Shown: in pieces, positions 36,608 to 45,760 of the stretch | Layout: every line of letters begins with the position of its first letter | Position numbering within the stretch: the stretch's first letter is position 1 | Assembly: GCA_963664825.1 (NCBI GenBank) | Contig: OY761614.1 | Span: forward strand, 3,008,001-3,072,000 | Direction of reading: 5' to 3' | Source: an uncultured Holophaga sp. | Lineage (GTDB): Bacteria; Acidobacteriota; Holophagae; Holophagales; Holophagaceae | Length of the DNA stretch: 64,000 nucleotides | Notes under the pieces: generated by a model | Database searches by the model: none | Told to the model about the DNA's origin: nothing | What the model saw: the letters and a program-made list of their open reading frames with translations, nothing else | Position numbers and translations under genes: made by a program

Positions 36608-39211
36608 ATGTTTATGCCAAACGAACATAATTTCGAGCATCTTCGTTTGATATTTGCAAAACAAGGAATAGCTCGCTTGCATGGGGGTGGGGAATCCAAT
36701 CCGATTACTGTTCAGAATAAGGACAATCGAGCTGGGCATTGCGACACCCTCATGAAGTCCGCCTGTTCGATCTCCGGCGCTTGGGGGGAGCGATTCGCAA
36801 GCCGTGCTCGGGAAAATCTCCCAGATCTTAGGGCAGGTATTCCGCTTTTGTTAAAAATCGACGAATCGATGGATGTCGATAGTTTGAGACATTTTTTGGG
36901 GTTTGAGATTATATCTGAAGAGGATAATGGTTTTGTTATCGTTGCTTCTGAGGACTTAAATCTTGGTCACTTGATTTCAAAAATAAATGATTTCAATAAT
37001 AGTGTCACAGGCTCTGCTGCTGTTGCTCAGATTCATGAATTGATTGAAGAGTCCGAAGAAGAGAATCGCTTATCAAGGATTTTGTCAGATGAGCTGAAAA
37101 ATGAATGGGCATCAATTGGGGATACGGATGACTACGTTGTAGATGTTTCTATCTCATGCTCCGGGAATTGGGTCATCCCAAAAAAACCTAAAAAAGGACG
37201 TCTAAAGCCTGAGACATGGGAGCGGAAGCTTCGTGAATGGAACGAAAATTACGAAACATCCTATATAAAATGGGACAATTTGCGCGAAGAGCGCAAGGAT
37301 GCCATTGGTAACATTATAAATTATTATGGGTCAGAGATAGTTGATGAATATGAGCAAAGTGATGGCGAAACCATTCCGGATAACTTCACTCTTCGCATCA
37401 AATTAACGGGCAAGGCTCTTCGTGATTTTGCCTCGAATTATCCTTATATTTTTGAAATTGGAGAGCCTGAAGATATTGAAACTCCACAAGGTGTGAGGAG
37501 GCAAGATTCGTTAGCTGTCCCTGATGTATCTATTTTGGCGGCACCGGCATCTGCTCCGACGGTTTGCGTCATCGATAGCGGCATTCAGGAGAATCATATT
37601 TGGATCAACCCTGCAATCGATACCGCTAACTCGTTCTGTTTTGTCCCGTATGAATCGCCCACCGACACGGCTGATTACGTGAGCAATGGGGGGCATGGAA
37701 CTCGCGTGGCCGGAGCTATTCTGTATGGTGAGGCTGTCCCGACAGGTGGCACCGTTCAATTAAATGCATGGATTCAAAATGCTCGGGCGCTTGATAAAAA
37801 CTGTGCTTTATCTAGAAGCGTGTTGCCAGAGAAATTAATCAGCCAGGTTGTCGCAAAATACCACAATGGTGATAGGCCGACCAAAATATTTAATCATTCG
37901 ATTAATTCAATAGTGCCGCACAGAAGTAGGCATATGTCTTCGTGGGCATTTGAGATGGATAAATTGTCATATCGGCATGATATATTAATTATTCAAAGCG
38001 CTGGCAATATTCAGCGGTCTGGACCGCCAAATAATCCTGGTGTTGAAGAATTGATTGCATCGGGACATGATTATCCTGAATATTTGACGCGTCGGTCGTG
38101 TAGGATTGCCAATCCGGGGCAGAGCCTTCAGGTGCTGACTGTCGGTTCTATTTCGTATGATCAATTCAGTGATGGTCATTGGGCAAGCTTCTCTGACCAA
38201 TATTCAAAACCTTCTGCTTTCAGTCGGGCTGGATTTGGGATCTGGGATTCAATAAAGCCTGAAGTTGTTGAATTTGGAGGAGATTACTTGCATAGCGGCA
38301 GGCAATCAACGTCTGTGGCTATTCCGGCAACTGGGTCAGCATGCTATCCCGAATTAATTAGATCAACATTGCACGGTGGTCCCGCATTCAGTAAAGATAT
38401 CGTCGGAACCTCGTTTTCGACCCCAAAAGTTTCAAAGCTCGCGGCAAGTATCCAGGCTGTATTACCCGAAGAGTCCTGCCTTATATATAGGGCTCTTATT
38501 GTTCAGTCTGCGCGTTGGCCGAATTGGGCTGAATCACTTACTCGAGACGAGAAGGTGCCGGTTTTGCAGCAAATCGGTTATGGTGTTCCTGATCTAAATC
38601 GAGCAACTACGAATACTCCCTATAGGACGACTTTTATAACGTCGAATGAATACGAATTAAAAGCTGGGGAATGTCATATTTTCCAAATCCCGATTCCTGA
38701 TCGACTTCGCTCCCCAGGTACCGAATATCAAATTCGGCTAGATATAACTCTTTCTTATTCTGCAGAGCCAAAGAGAACCAGGAAAGGGCGGCGAGGCTAC
38801 CTTTCTACATGGTTGGATTGGGAGACAAGTCGGAAAGGTGAGTCGATTGAAGCTTTTACGAATAGGGCGGTAAGGGAAGCTGCAAAAACTTCAACCGAGG
38901 GTCAATCCATTAATTGGACACTCGGCACTCAGGGTAATCATGGCATAATCCCTATTGCAAATCGAAATAATGGAACCGTCCAGAAAGATTGGGCTCAAAT
39001 TAGTTCAAATGAACTCCCTGAATTCTTTTGCATCGCTGTTCGCGGCCACCAGGGATGGAACAAAGATCCAGAGGCCTCTGCAAAATATGTTTTGGCTGTT
39101 TCAATAGAAAATATTGGAAGTGAAATTGAAATATATGAAGACCTTCGAGCCGCTGTCCAGGAACTTCAGTCTGAAACAGAGGTCGAGATGGAGCTGGAGG
39201 TAGATGTTTAG
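36608..39211 (+). CDS. ietS: S8 subtilisin-like serine protease, IetS-like
   Basis: Catalytic triad VIDSG / HGTRVAG / GTSFSTP; SAGN; KPEVVEFGG; GYGVPD; no signal peptide. Confidence 0.85.
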   Translation: MFMPNEHNFEHLRLIFAKQGIARLHGGGESNPITVQNKDNRAGHCDTLMKSACSISGAWGERFASRARENLPDLRAGIPLLLKIDESMDVDSLRHFLGFEIISEEDNGFVIVASEDLNLGHLISKINDFNNSVTGSAAVAQIHELIEESEEENRLSRILSDELKNEWASIGDTDDYVVDVSISCSGNWVIPKKPKKGRLKPETWERKLREWNENYETSYIKWDNLREERKDAIGNIINYYGSEIVDEYEQSDGETIPDNFTLRIKLTGKALRDFASNYPYIFEIGEPEDIETPQGVRRQDSLAVPDVSILAAPASAPTVCVIDSGIQENHIWINPAIDTANSFCFVPYESPTDTADYVSNGGHGTRVAGAILYGEAVPTGGTVQLNAWIQNARALDKNCALSRSVLPEKLISQVVAKYHNGDRPTKIFNHSINSIVPHRSRHMSSWAFEMDKLSYRHDILIIQSAGNIQRSGPPNNPGVEELIASGHDYPEYLTRRSCRIANPGQSLQVLTVGSISYDQFSDGHWASFSDQYSKPSAFSRAGFGIWDSIKPEVVEFGGDYLHSGRQSTSVAIPATGSACYPELIRSTLHGGPAFSKDIVGTSFSTPKVSKLAASIQAVLPEESCLIYRALIVQSARWPNWAESLTRDEKVPVLQQIGYGVPDLNRATTNTPYRTTFITSNEYELKAGECHIFQIPIPDRLRSPGTEYQIRLDITLSYSAEPKRTRKGRRGYLSTWLDWETSRKGESIEAFTNRAVREAAKTSTEGQSINWTLGTQGNHGIIPIANRNNGTVQKDWAQISSNELPEFFCIAVRGHQGWNKDPEASAKYVLAVSIENIGSEIEIYEDLRAAVQELQSETEVEMELEVDV

Positions 39212-39264
39212 TGTGGTGACATTGGTAACAACTGAAGAATCGAAACAGCTAGCCGTTCCTCGCT

Positions 39265-39579
39265 TCAGTTCTCGATGAACCGCTCTGGTTCGAAATCCTG
39301 CTCCATCCTCATCACGCCGATAACCCACAGCTCCTTCCCGGCGATCCGGTAGATCACCCGGAAGGGGCGTACGCTGAGGAGTTCCCGGTAAGTCTGTCCC
39401 AGCTCCGGGATGAAGCGGGCCATCTCAGGGAAAGCGGCTGCATGTTCGACAGCTTCCATGACTCGGGCGAAGAGGTTTTGGGCGGCCTCGGGGTTCTCAA
39501 AGGCGATGTATGACAGCAGGGCGTCAAGGTCCCGTTCGGCGGGATCCGACCAACGAACGCTGAGGGGTTTCAGGCCCAT
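39265..39579 (-). CDS. Type II TA toxin, RelE/ParE family
   Basis: V.WS..AERDL..L..YIA.ENP.AA, FPEM.R and FRVIYRI. Confidence 0.9.
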   Translation of the reverse strand: MGLKPLSVRWSDPAERDLDALLSYIAFENPEAAQNLFARVMEAVEHAAAFPEMARFIPELGQTYRELLSVRPFRVIYRIAGKELWVIGVMRMEQDFEPERFIEN

Positions 39580-39833
39580 CGCTTCGCCATCCGGGCCTTC
39601 ACGTCTGCGTGAGAGCTTGCCCGCCCTTCCGTGAAGGCCTGTTCGCCCTTGGCGATGACCTCCAGCAGTTCGAGGCGATGAAGCATGCCCTTGTAGGTCG
39701 CCACATCCAGCATGACGGCAGCCTCCTTGCCGTGCTCTGTGATGAGCACCGGCACACGATCAGCGCGGAGCTGGTCGATGATCTCGGTTGCGTGGCGCTT
39801 GATTTCGGTGACGGGCTTCAGGGCGGGCAACAT
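39570..39833 (-). CDS. Type II TA antitoxin, Phd/YefM family
   Basis: GGAGG RBS; PVTEIKRH..EII......PVLITEHGKEAAVM; overlaps the toxin start. Confidence 0.9.
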   Translation of the reverse strand: MLPALKPVTEIKRHATEIIDQLRADRVPVLITEHGKEAAVMLDVATYKGMLHRLELLEVIAKGEQAFTEGRASSHADVKARMAKRWA

Positions 39834-39976
39834 GGCGGGCCTCCAGAACCAAGAATGATACTTTAGTGCCACTTCGGCAAGGGCCTCATGGTTGAACCTG
39901 ATTACTGGCTCCGCGATCTGGGCGTACCGCTTCGTGCCCCATTCGGGACTGGATGCGCTGTCAGGCTTGAGTTGTG

Positions 39977-41482
39977 TCATGTCATCTCTCCTATCGGGGG
40001 CGGCCCCGTCATGGTTGGAACCCAGTACCCCTTGGCCTTGAGTCCCGCTTCGAGGTGTTCCAAGGCTGAAAACGCCCGCCGAGACGCGATTTGCAACCAT
40101 GTGTGAAGGTCCAAGGTGGCCATGAGCCCGCGAAGGGTTTCTCGACGCCGGGTCTCATCCTTGGATGGTTCCTTTACTGGAGCGCCGTCAGATATTGCAG
40201 GGGTATCAAGCGAACAGGAAGCACCCGCTTCGCGGGCCGCAGCGCCCCTCAGATCGGCCAGAAGCTCCGGTGAAAGGCCGTCCCTGGCCTCGCACCACTC
40301 AGGGGCCTTCCAACGGCTTCTGGCAGCCCCCACGCATTCGAAGACGCGAGGGCTTCGATTCCAGATGCCATCGCGCAGGTAGTCACCTGGAAGGCCTGAC
40401 ACGATCCACTCGCCTGGATGCTCCGGATCGGGAACGTAGCAGGCGATGTCATCGGCCTTGGTGCAGTATTTCAGGGTTTCCTGGATGGCGTCTTCCAAGG
40501 ACATGGCGTTATCGCCCCGGCGTGTCCTGCGGTTGACGGCTTGAACGTGGATGCAGGCGGTGATGGCTTTGGCGCGGTTTTCCATCTGGGGATAGAGGTC
40601 TTCCAGCTCGAACCCGTAGACACGACGCGTAGCCGTTCGCAGGCAGGCCCACCACGCCGCCGCCAAATCGGCTTGGGACACGTACCGCGCCCAGGCCAGC
40701 AAATGGAAATGCGGGTGATGCAATACAACCCCATCCCAGAACGATTTGCGGGTGACCTCAAAGCCACGGAAAGCAGCGAAGACCGTGGCTTTGAAGATGT
40801 CCAATTTGCGAAAGAGGGACCAGGCCAAGAACATGCGTTCCTCTTCCCGCACCTCGCAAACGCTCGACACGATGGAGGGATCTAGCGTTGGTGTGGTGAG
40901 TGTCCAGGCGACAGGCAACACTTTTCCCGCCTCTTTCGTGTCGTACGCCACAGCCCAGAGGCGGCGCCGAACGTGCCGGATTGCCTCGCGAGCCTTTTTC
41001 CTGGAACGCACACTCAGGCGCCGTTGGTAGGCGGGTGCATAACGCATGGAAGCGCCGAAGCCAGATCCGCCCATGCCGAAAAGCCGATCTCCATGGCGGC
41101 CCACCACGCCGTACGGAGTTTGAGCTTCGAGCAGCAGGAGCGCCGCGGAACGCAAGGCCAAGCCTTCCCCTGGTTTGGCCATGATCTCAAGCCCATCGGC
41201 ATCCAGGAGGATCACTTCTCCGGTGTCATCCCGGCTCAAGCGCACCTTTCCGCCCGCGAGGGATTCCGCCAGTGCAGAGGCATAGCGGGATGCTGAGCAG
41301 GCGCGGTACTGAGCTGTGCGAATCGATTCCGTCAATGAGCCGAGGACCTCTCCTGAAGTGGGATCGACCACGAGCGGGCCTTCTGACGTGTCGAGAACGG
41401 CCAGGCCTTCCCATGTCGCAGGACATGGCGAAGCCGGGGTGTCCCGAGCGCCCTTGTGCGGGGAGCCCGAGCCACCTTCCAT
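39977..41482 (-). CDS. rep: Rolling-circle replication initiator, HUH endonuclease (Rep_1/pC194-like); start uncertain
   Basis: Motif 1 WTLTTP, FEVT, motif 2 HPHFHLL and motif 3 ETLKYCTK in the canonical order. Confidence 0.85.
   Translation of the reverse strand: MEGGSGSPHKGARDTPASPCPATWEGLAVLDTSEGPLVVDPTSGEVLGSLTESIRTAQYRACSASRYASALAESLAGGKVRLSRDDTGEVILLDADGLEIMAKPGEGLALRSAALLLLEAQTPYGVVGRHGDRLFGMGGSGFGASMRYAPAYQRRLSVRSRKKAREAIRHVRRRLWAVAYDTKEAGKVLPVAWTLTTPTLDPSIVSSVCEVREEERMFLAWSLFRKLDIFKATVFAAFRGFEVTRKSFWDGVVLHHPHFHLLAWARYVSQADLAAAWWACLRTATRRVYGFELEDLYPQMENRAKAITACIHVQAVNRRTRRGDNAMSLEDAIQETLKYCTKADDIACYVPDPEHPGEWIVSGLPGDYLRDGIWNRSPRVFECVGAARSRWKAPEWCEARDGLSPELLADLRGAAAREAGASCSLDTPAISDGAPVKEPSKDETRRRETLRGLMATLDLHTWLQIASRRAFSALEHLEAGLKAKGYWVPTMTGPPPIGEMT
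40204..40236 (-). other. Candidate double-strand origin (nick site CTTGATA with an upstream hairpin)
   Basis: Minus strand CCCGC-GAA-GCGGG, 13 nt, then CTTGATA; CTTGATA is the pC194/phiX174 nick core. Confidence 0.5.
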
Positions 41483-41576
41483 CGTAAATGTGTGCAAGAT
41501 TGCAGCCACGCTTGCGCGAAGACACGCCCCAGGCGAAGCCAGGGCTCAAAGGCCTGAAAGGCGCGTCAGCGTTTGA

Positions 41577-41822
41577 TTAGCGGCGCTGGTAGTAGGGGCC
41601 GGGATCCACCGTGGACCGGCGCCGCTGAGCTTCCAGCCAGCGCGTGATGTCGTCCATGGTGTAGAGCACCCGGCGAGGGCTGATGCGCAGATACTCCGGG
41701 CCTTCGCCCGTCATGCGTAGGCGCTGGAGATAGGCCTTCTTCATGCCCAGGTATTCAGCGGCTTGTTGGGTCGTGAGGAAGGGAGTCTTCACGGGCTCTG
41801 GGGTTTCCTTGCGGGTAGCCAT
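41577..41822 (-). CDS. Excisionase/AlpA-like HTH protein
   Basis: GGAGG RBS; FLTTQQAAEYLG......L.RLR..GEGP.Y.RI..RRVLY...DI..WL. Confidence 0.9.
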   Translation of the reverse strand: MATRKETPEPVKTPFLTTQQAAEYLGMKKAYLQRLRMTGEGPEYLRISPRRVLYTMDDITRWLEAQRRRSTVDPGPYYQRR

Positions 41823-42038
41823 TGCGGCCTCCAAAGCGCCGGGGTGCGTTGCAGGAACCCCAGCGATTTCACCCTTCCGTCTTGCGAACCGCGCATCCCA
41901 ACCGCACAATAGTTGGACGACGCTGCCGCAAGGCAACGCAAGTGCCGCCCCTCCCCATGGCTGTTTTCGAGGCAGAACCATGTGGAGGGGTTCGTGTATG
42001 TACTCCCAGCGGCGCTGGAAGGTCTTGATGATGTCGGA

Positions 42039-42067
42039 AGTATCGTTTCGTGGATTTTGGGTGTCAA
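42039..42067 (-). promoter_or_regulatory. Sigma70-type promoter for xis-rep
   Basis: Minus strand TTGACA-17 nt-GATACT. Confidence 0.65.
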
Positions 42068-42094
42068 GCCGTAAGAATAGATATAACTTGACTT

Positions 42095-42114
42095 GGCTAG
42101 GCTATAGCCTAGCC
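42095..42114. promoter_or_regulatory. Perfect 20-bp palindrome, possible operator
   Basis: GGCTAGGCTA-TAGCCTAGCC. Confidence 0.5.
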
Positions 42115-42299
42115 TGCGATCTGCCTAAATCCTTTGCTTGCCTCCTTTCTCGGCCCGAGCGTGGACCTTTTTGGGGAGGCAGTTCTTTTGCGAGGAGACG
42201 CCGCAGAAGATGACAGGGGGCCCGTTTGGGCTCACCAGGTGGTACGCACCCGTGAAATGAGTCGAAGGGCGGCCCTGTATCTTCGCCGTAGCTGAACGC

Positions 42300-42325
42300 A
42301 AAAGAGCCGCCTTGTGGGCGGCTCT
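42300..42325 (-). terminator. Terminator downstream of tRNA-Arg
   Basis: AGAGCCGCC-ttgtg-GGCGGCTCT with an A-run on the left. Confidence 0.7.
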
Positions 42326-42340
42326 AAGTGTTGTATTGAT

Positions 42341-42417
42341 TGGTGGTCCCGGAGCGATTCGAACGCCCGACCCTCAGATTCGTAGTCTGATGCTCTATCC
42401 AGCTGAGCTACGGGACC
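42341..42417 (-). tRNA. tRNA-Arg(ACG)
   Basis: GGTCCCG acceptor stem, D-arm TAGCTCAGCTGGATAGAGC, TCAGA-CT-ACG-AA-TCTGA anticodon arm, TTCGAAT T-loop, encoded CCA; 77 nt. Confidence 0.97.
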
Positions 42418-42794
42418 AAACTCTCTGCCATCGTGTGTCCTTGTGTTCGGCTTGCGTCAAACGCGGATGGGATGGCGACTTCCATGGTGCACCCGTGCAG
42501 CAGGCCGCGCGGGTCCTTCAGTCTATCGGATTCCTTCCCGTTGTCCATCCCCCATCGACAGGGAAGTGATCCGGGGTGCGGGGGAAAAAACCAAATGAGT
42601 GACGTTTTTCTCCTGGCTCTTCCCAGCAAGGGGCTTGACCCAGGTCCTCCTCGGGATCCCTTGTCCACCATGGCAGTCCAAGGCAACTTTGGCGATGCGC
42701 TTGGATAAATCATGTTGATGGGGCTGCGGAGCCAGGGGTACACTCAGATCCAAGAAAAAATGCTGTTGCCTGCCCGCGATCCAAAGGAAGCTCC

Positions 42795-45137
42795 ATGAGC
42801 GAACTGACACGCAAGGAAGTGGTTTTCATCCTCAAGTCGGGGAAAGACTTCCATCGCACCGACTTGAGTGGTCTGGACCTCCGGGGCTTCGATCTGTCCG
42901 AGGCCAACCTTTCCGAGGCCAATCTGGCCGGCGCGGTCCTCAATCAGGCCTCCCTGCGGGGCGCCAATCTCGCGGGCGCGGATCTGCGTTTGGCGAATCT
43001 GGATGAAGCCGATCTCGAGGGCGCCAACCTGAGTCGGGCCAAGCTCGCCGGGGCCAATCTGGCGGGCGTGAACCTCGCCAAGGCCGACCTGAGTCATTTC
43101 GATATCCAGCAGTACGAACCGGCCACCATCCCCAATCTGCGCGGAGCCGTGCTGAGCGGGGCGCTGCTGAGCGGCGTGAACCTGGGCGGCCTGGATTTGA
43201 GCGGGAAGGATCTGCGGGGCGCCAATCTGAGCGGCGCCGATCTGCGTCAGGCCGTGCTTGAGGGGGCCAATCTGGAAGGCGCCAGCCTCTCCCAGGCGAG
43301 CCTTTTGGGGGCGGCCCTGGGCCACGCCAACCTCCTGGGCGCGAACCTGTCTGGGGCCGTGCTAGGGGGCGCCGCACTCAACCGGGCCGATCTCTCCGGG
43401 GCCAATCTCTCGGATGCCGATCTCCATTGGGCCAGCCTTGCGGAGGCCAATCTCGAAGGGGCCAATCTCAGTCGCGCCAATCTGAAGGGCGCTAATTTGA
43501 GCGGCGCCAATCTGGTGGGCGCCGATCTGCGCTACCTGGACATCCTCCAGTACGACAAGAACGATATCCCCAACCTGGCGGGAGCCAATCTCTCCGGCAC
43601 CAATCTCTCTGGCACCAATCTGCGGGGGATCGACCTCAGTCGCTCCAATCTGAGCAAGGCCGATCTCAGCACGGCGGTGCTGCGGCACGCCAGCCTCGAG
43701 GGCGCCAATCTTTCCGAGGCCAATCTCAAGGGGGCCGATCTCACGGGCACCAATCTCAGTGGCGCGGTGCTCTCGGGCGCCAATCTGAGCGGTGCGCTCC
43801 TGAGCGGCGCCGTGCTGAGTGCTGCGGATTTGCGCGGTGCCGATCTCACAGGCGCCGATCTCAGTGAGATCAATCTCAGCGGCGCCAATCTCTCCGACGC
43901 AATTCTCTCCGGAGCCAGTCTTTCCGGCGCGCTCCTGGATGGCGCCGTGCTGGCGGGAGCGGTGCTGGTGGGCGCCAACCTCAAGCGGGTAGATTTCTCC
44001 GAGAAGAATCTGCGGGGGGCGAACCTGGGGAATGCCGATCTCTCCCAGGCCAACCTGGATGGTGCCGATCTGGCCAGCGCGGTCTTCTGCGGGGCCAATC
44101 TCTCCGAGACCCATCTCGGCGGAGCCAACCTCCACCTCTCCCGGCTCACGGGCAATGATCTCCGCAGCGCGAATCTCTGCGGGGCCAATCTCAGTGAGGC
44201 CGATCTCAGCAGCGCGAACCTCGAAGGCGTCATCCTCAGCGCCAACTTGCAGGGCGCCAACCTCACAGGGGCCAGCCTCCGCGGGGCCAGTCTGGACCGG
44301 GCCATGCTCGCTGGCGTCAACCTCAGCGGCACGGACCTCACGGGCTTCATCCTCGAGGGCATGGACCTCAATCATGCGGTGCTCGACGGGGCCAATCTGA
44401 ACGGGGCCAATCTGCGCAGCGCCATTCTCCGGGAGGCCCGGGCCGTGGGCGCCGATCTCAGCCTCTGCAACCTCTCCTCGGCCGATCTCAGTGGCAGCGA
44501 GTTGCGTGGTTCGAATCTCTTCAGCGCCAATCTCGAGGGCGCCAACCTGAGAGGGGCCAAGCTGGCCTCCCTGCCCACGGAATCCTGGGGCGAGTATCGC
44601 ACCAATCTCAGCAAGGCCAATCTCCGCGGCGCCGATCTCACAGGAGCCGATCTCTACCAGGCCAACCTGAACGAGGCGAATTTCGTCAATGCCGATCTCA
44701 GCAACGCCAACATGGTGTGGGCGGATCTGCGGGGCGTCGATCTCCGCCAGACCAATCTCACCGAGACGAACCTCAAGGAGGCCAATCTCGATGGGGCCAA
44801 TCTCTGCGGCGCCGATCTCCGGGAGACCATCCTGCGGGACGCCTACCTGGATGGCGCCAATCTCTCCGGGGCCAATCTCAGCGGCACGAACCTGTCCGGC
44901 GCCGATCTGCGGCACACAAACCTCATCGATGCGGCCATGGATGGTGCGAACCTCTCGGATGCCAATCTGAGCGGCGCGAACCTGGTGTGGACCAACCTCT
45001 CAGGGGCCAATCTCAATCGCGCGAACATGAGCCATGCCAAGCTCAGTGGCGCCAATTTGGGAGGGGCCGATCTCCGGGAGGCCAATCTCACGGACGCCAA
45101 TCTGGATAGCACCAATCTCGCGGGCGCCAAGCGCTAA
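42795..45137 (+). CDS. Very long pentapeptide-repeat protein (780 aa)
   Basis: Near-continuous A(N/D)L(S/R/E)G pentapeptide repeats; AAGGA RBS. Confidence 0.95.
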   Translation: MSELTRKEVVFILKSGKDFHRTDLSGLDLRGFDLSEANLSEANLAGAVLNQASLRGANLAGADLRLANLDEADLEGANLSRAKLAGANLAGVNLAKADLSHFDIQQYEPATIPNLRGAVLSGALLSGVNLGGLDLSGKDLRGANLSGADLRQAVLEGANLEGASLSQASLLGAALGHANLLGANLSGAVLGGAALNRADLSGANLSDADLHWASLAEANLEGANLSRANLKGANLSGANLVGADLRYLDILQYDKNDIPNLAGANLSGTNLSGTNLRGIDLSRSNLSKADLSTAVLRHASLEGANLSEANLKGADLTGTNLSGAVLSGANLSGALLSGAVLSAADLRGADLTGADLSEINLSGANLSDAILSGASLSGALLDGAVLAGAVLVGANLKRVDFSEKNLRGANLGNADLSQANLDGADLASAVFCGANLSETHLGGANLHLSRLTGNDLRSANLCGANLSEADLSSANLEGVILSANLQGANLTGASLRGASLDRAMLAGVNLSGTDLTGFILEGMDLNHAVLDGANLNGANLRSAILREARAVGADLSLCNLSSADLSGSELRGSNLFSANLEGANLRGAKLASLPTESWGEYRTNLSKANLRGADLTGADLYQANLNEANFVNADLSNANMVWADLRGVDLRQTNLTETNLKEANLDGANLCGADLRETILRDAYLDGANLSGANLSGTNLSGADLRHTNLIDAAMDGANLSDANLSGANLVWTNLSGANLNRANMSHAKLSGANLGGADLREANLTDANLDSTNLAGAKR

Positions 45138-45148
45138 AGGGATCCCAG

Positions 45149-45184
45149 AACGACGAAGCCCCCGGTGCCGGGGGCTTCGTCGTT
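45149..45184. terminator. Bidirectional terminator between convergent genes
   Basis: AACGACGAAGCCCCCGG-tg-CCGGGGGCTTCGTCGTT, a perfect 17-bp inverted repeat. Confidence 0.85.
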
Positions 45185-45206
45185 TATAGCTTAGTTCCCC
45201 GTTCGT

Positions 45207-45746
45207 TCAGGGTTTCTTGTCGAAGGGCTTGGCGTAGGGGAATTCACTGCCCGAGGGCATGTTGTTGACGGGCGCAAGCCCTGGCCGCTCGAGGGGGCGA
45301 TGCTCGTCGAGTTTGCCCTTGCCCGCGGTGGTAGTGGGACTGGGGGCAGGGAGGGTCTCCTTGGTGGCCCCGCGGCGGGTGCAGGTGCCCAGCAGGGTGC
45401 CGCCTTCGTCGACCACGAGGGCGCCGACTTCGACTTCGCCTTCCACCCAGCCCGTGCCGTGGATTTCCAGGCACTCCTCGATCTTGAAGATACCTTCCAC
45501 GCGTCCTGTGACGATCAAGTGCTTGGCGTGAATGGTGCCGTTGATGACGCCCGAAGGGGCGACGGTCACTTCACCCTCGCAGTGCACGGTGCCTTCGATG
45601 GTCCCCTCCACCCTCAGGCTATTGGGGCCGGTGTGGATCTCGCCCTTCCAGAGCGTGCCCTTGCCCAGGAGCGTGTGAATGGCCTGGGCCGAGGCCGGGA
45701 TCTTCTTGGTCCCATTTGCATTCGCACTTGGGTTGAATACCGACAT
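45207..45746 (-). CDS. Bactofilin (polymer-forming cytoskeletal protein)
   Basis: TLLGKGT..KGEI....LRVEG.IEG.V...G.V.V...G.I.G.I.A...IV.G.VEG beta-helix; GAGG RBS. Confidence 0.9.
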   Translation of the reverse strand: MSVFNPSANANGTKKIPASAQAIHTLLGKGTLWKGEIHTGPNSLRVEGTIEGTVHCEGEVTVAPSGVINGTIHAKHLIVTGRVEGIFKIEECLEIHGTGWVEGEVEVGALVVDEGGTLLGTCTRRGATKETLPAPSPTTTAGKGKLDEHRPLERPGLAPVNNMPSGSEFPYAKPFDKKP

Positions 45747-45760
45747 GGGGATACCTCGTT

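Larger units (their letters stand above)
32484..42389. mobile_element. Integrative element (predicted 9857-bp circle) in tRNA-Arg(ACG), with integrase, rolling-circle Rep, Xis-like HTH, TA pair and ietAS-like cargo
   Basis: Flanking 49-bp direct repeats, integrase next to one att site, HUH Rep and low-GC cargo. Confidence 0.93.

Noticed and set aside
32698..42340. A prophage or ICE call for the integrated element
   Set aside because: No structural, lysis, T4SS or coupling-protein genes are recognisable.
42795..45137. 15-bp periodic GCCAATCTC/GCCGATCTC repeats as a DNA-level repeat system
   Set aside because: Fully explained by pentapeptide coding, with synonymous variation between units.
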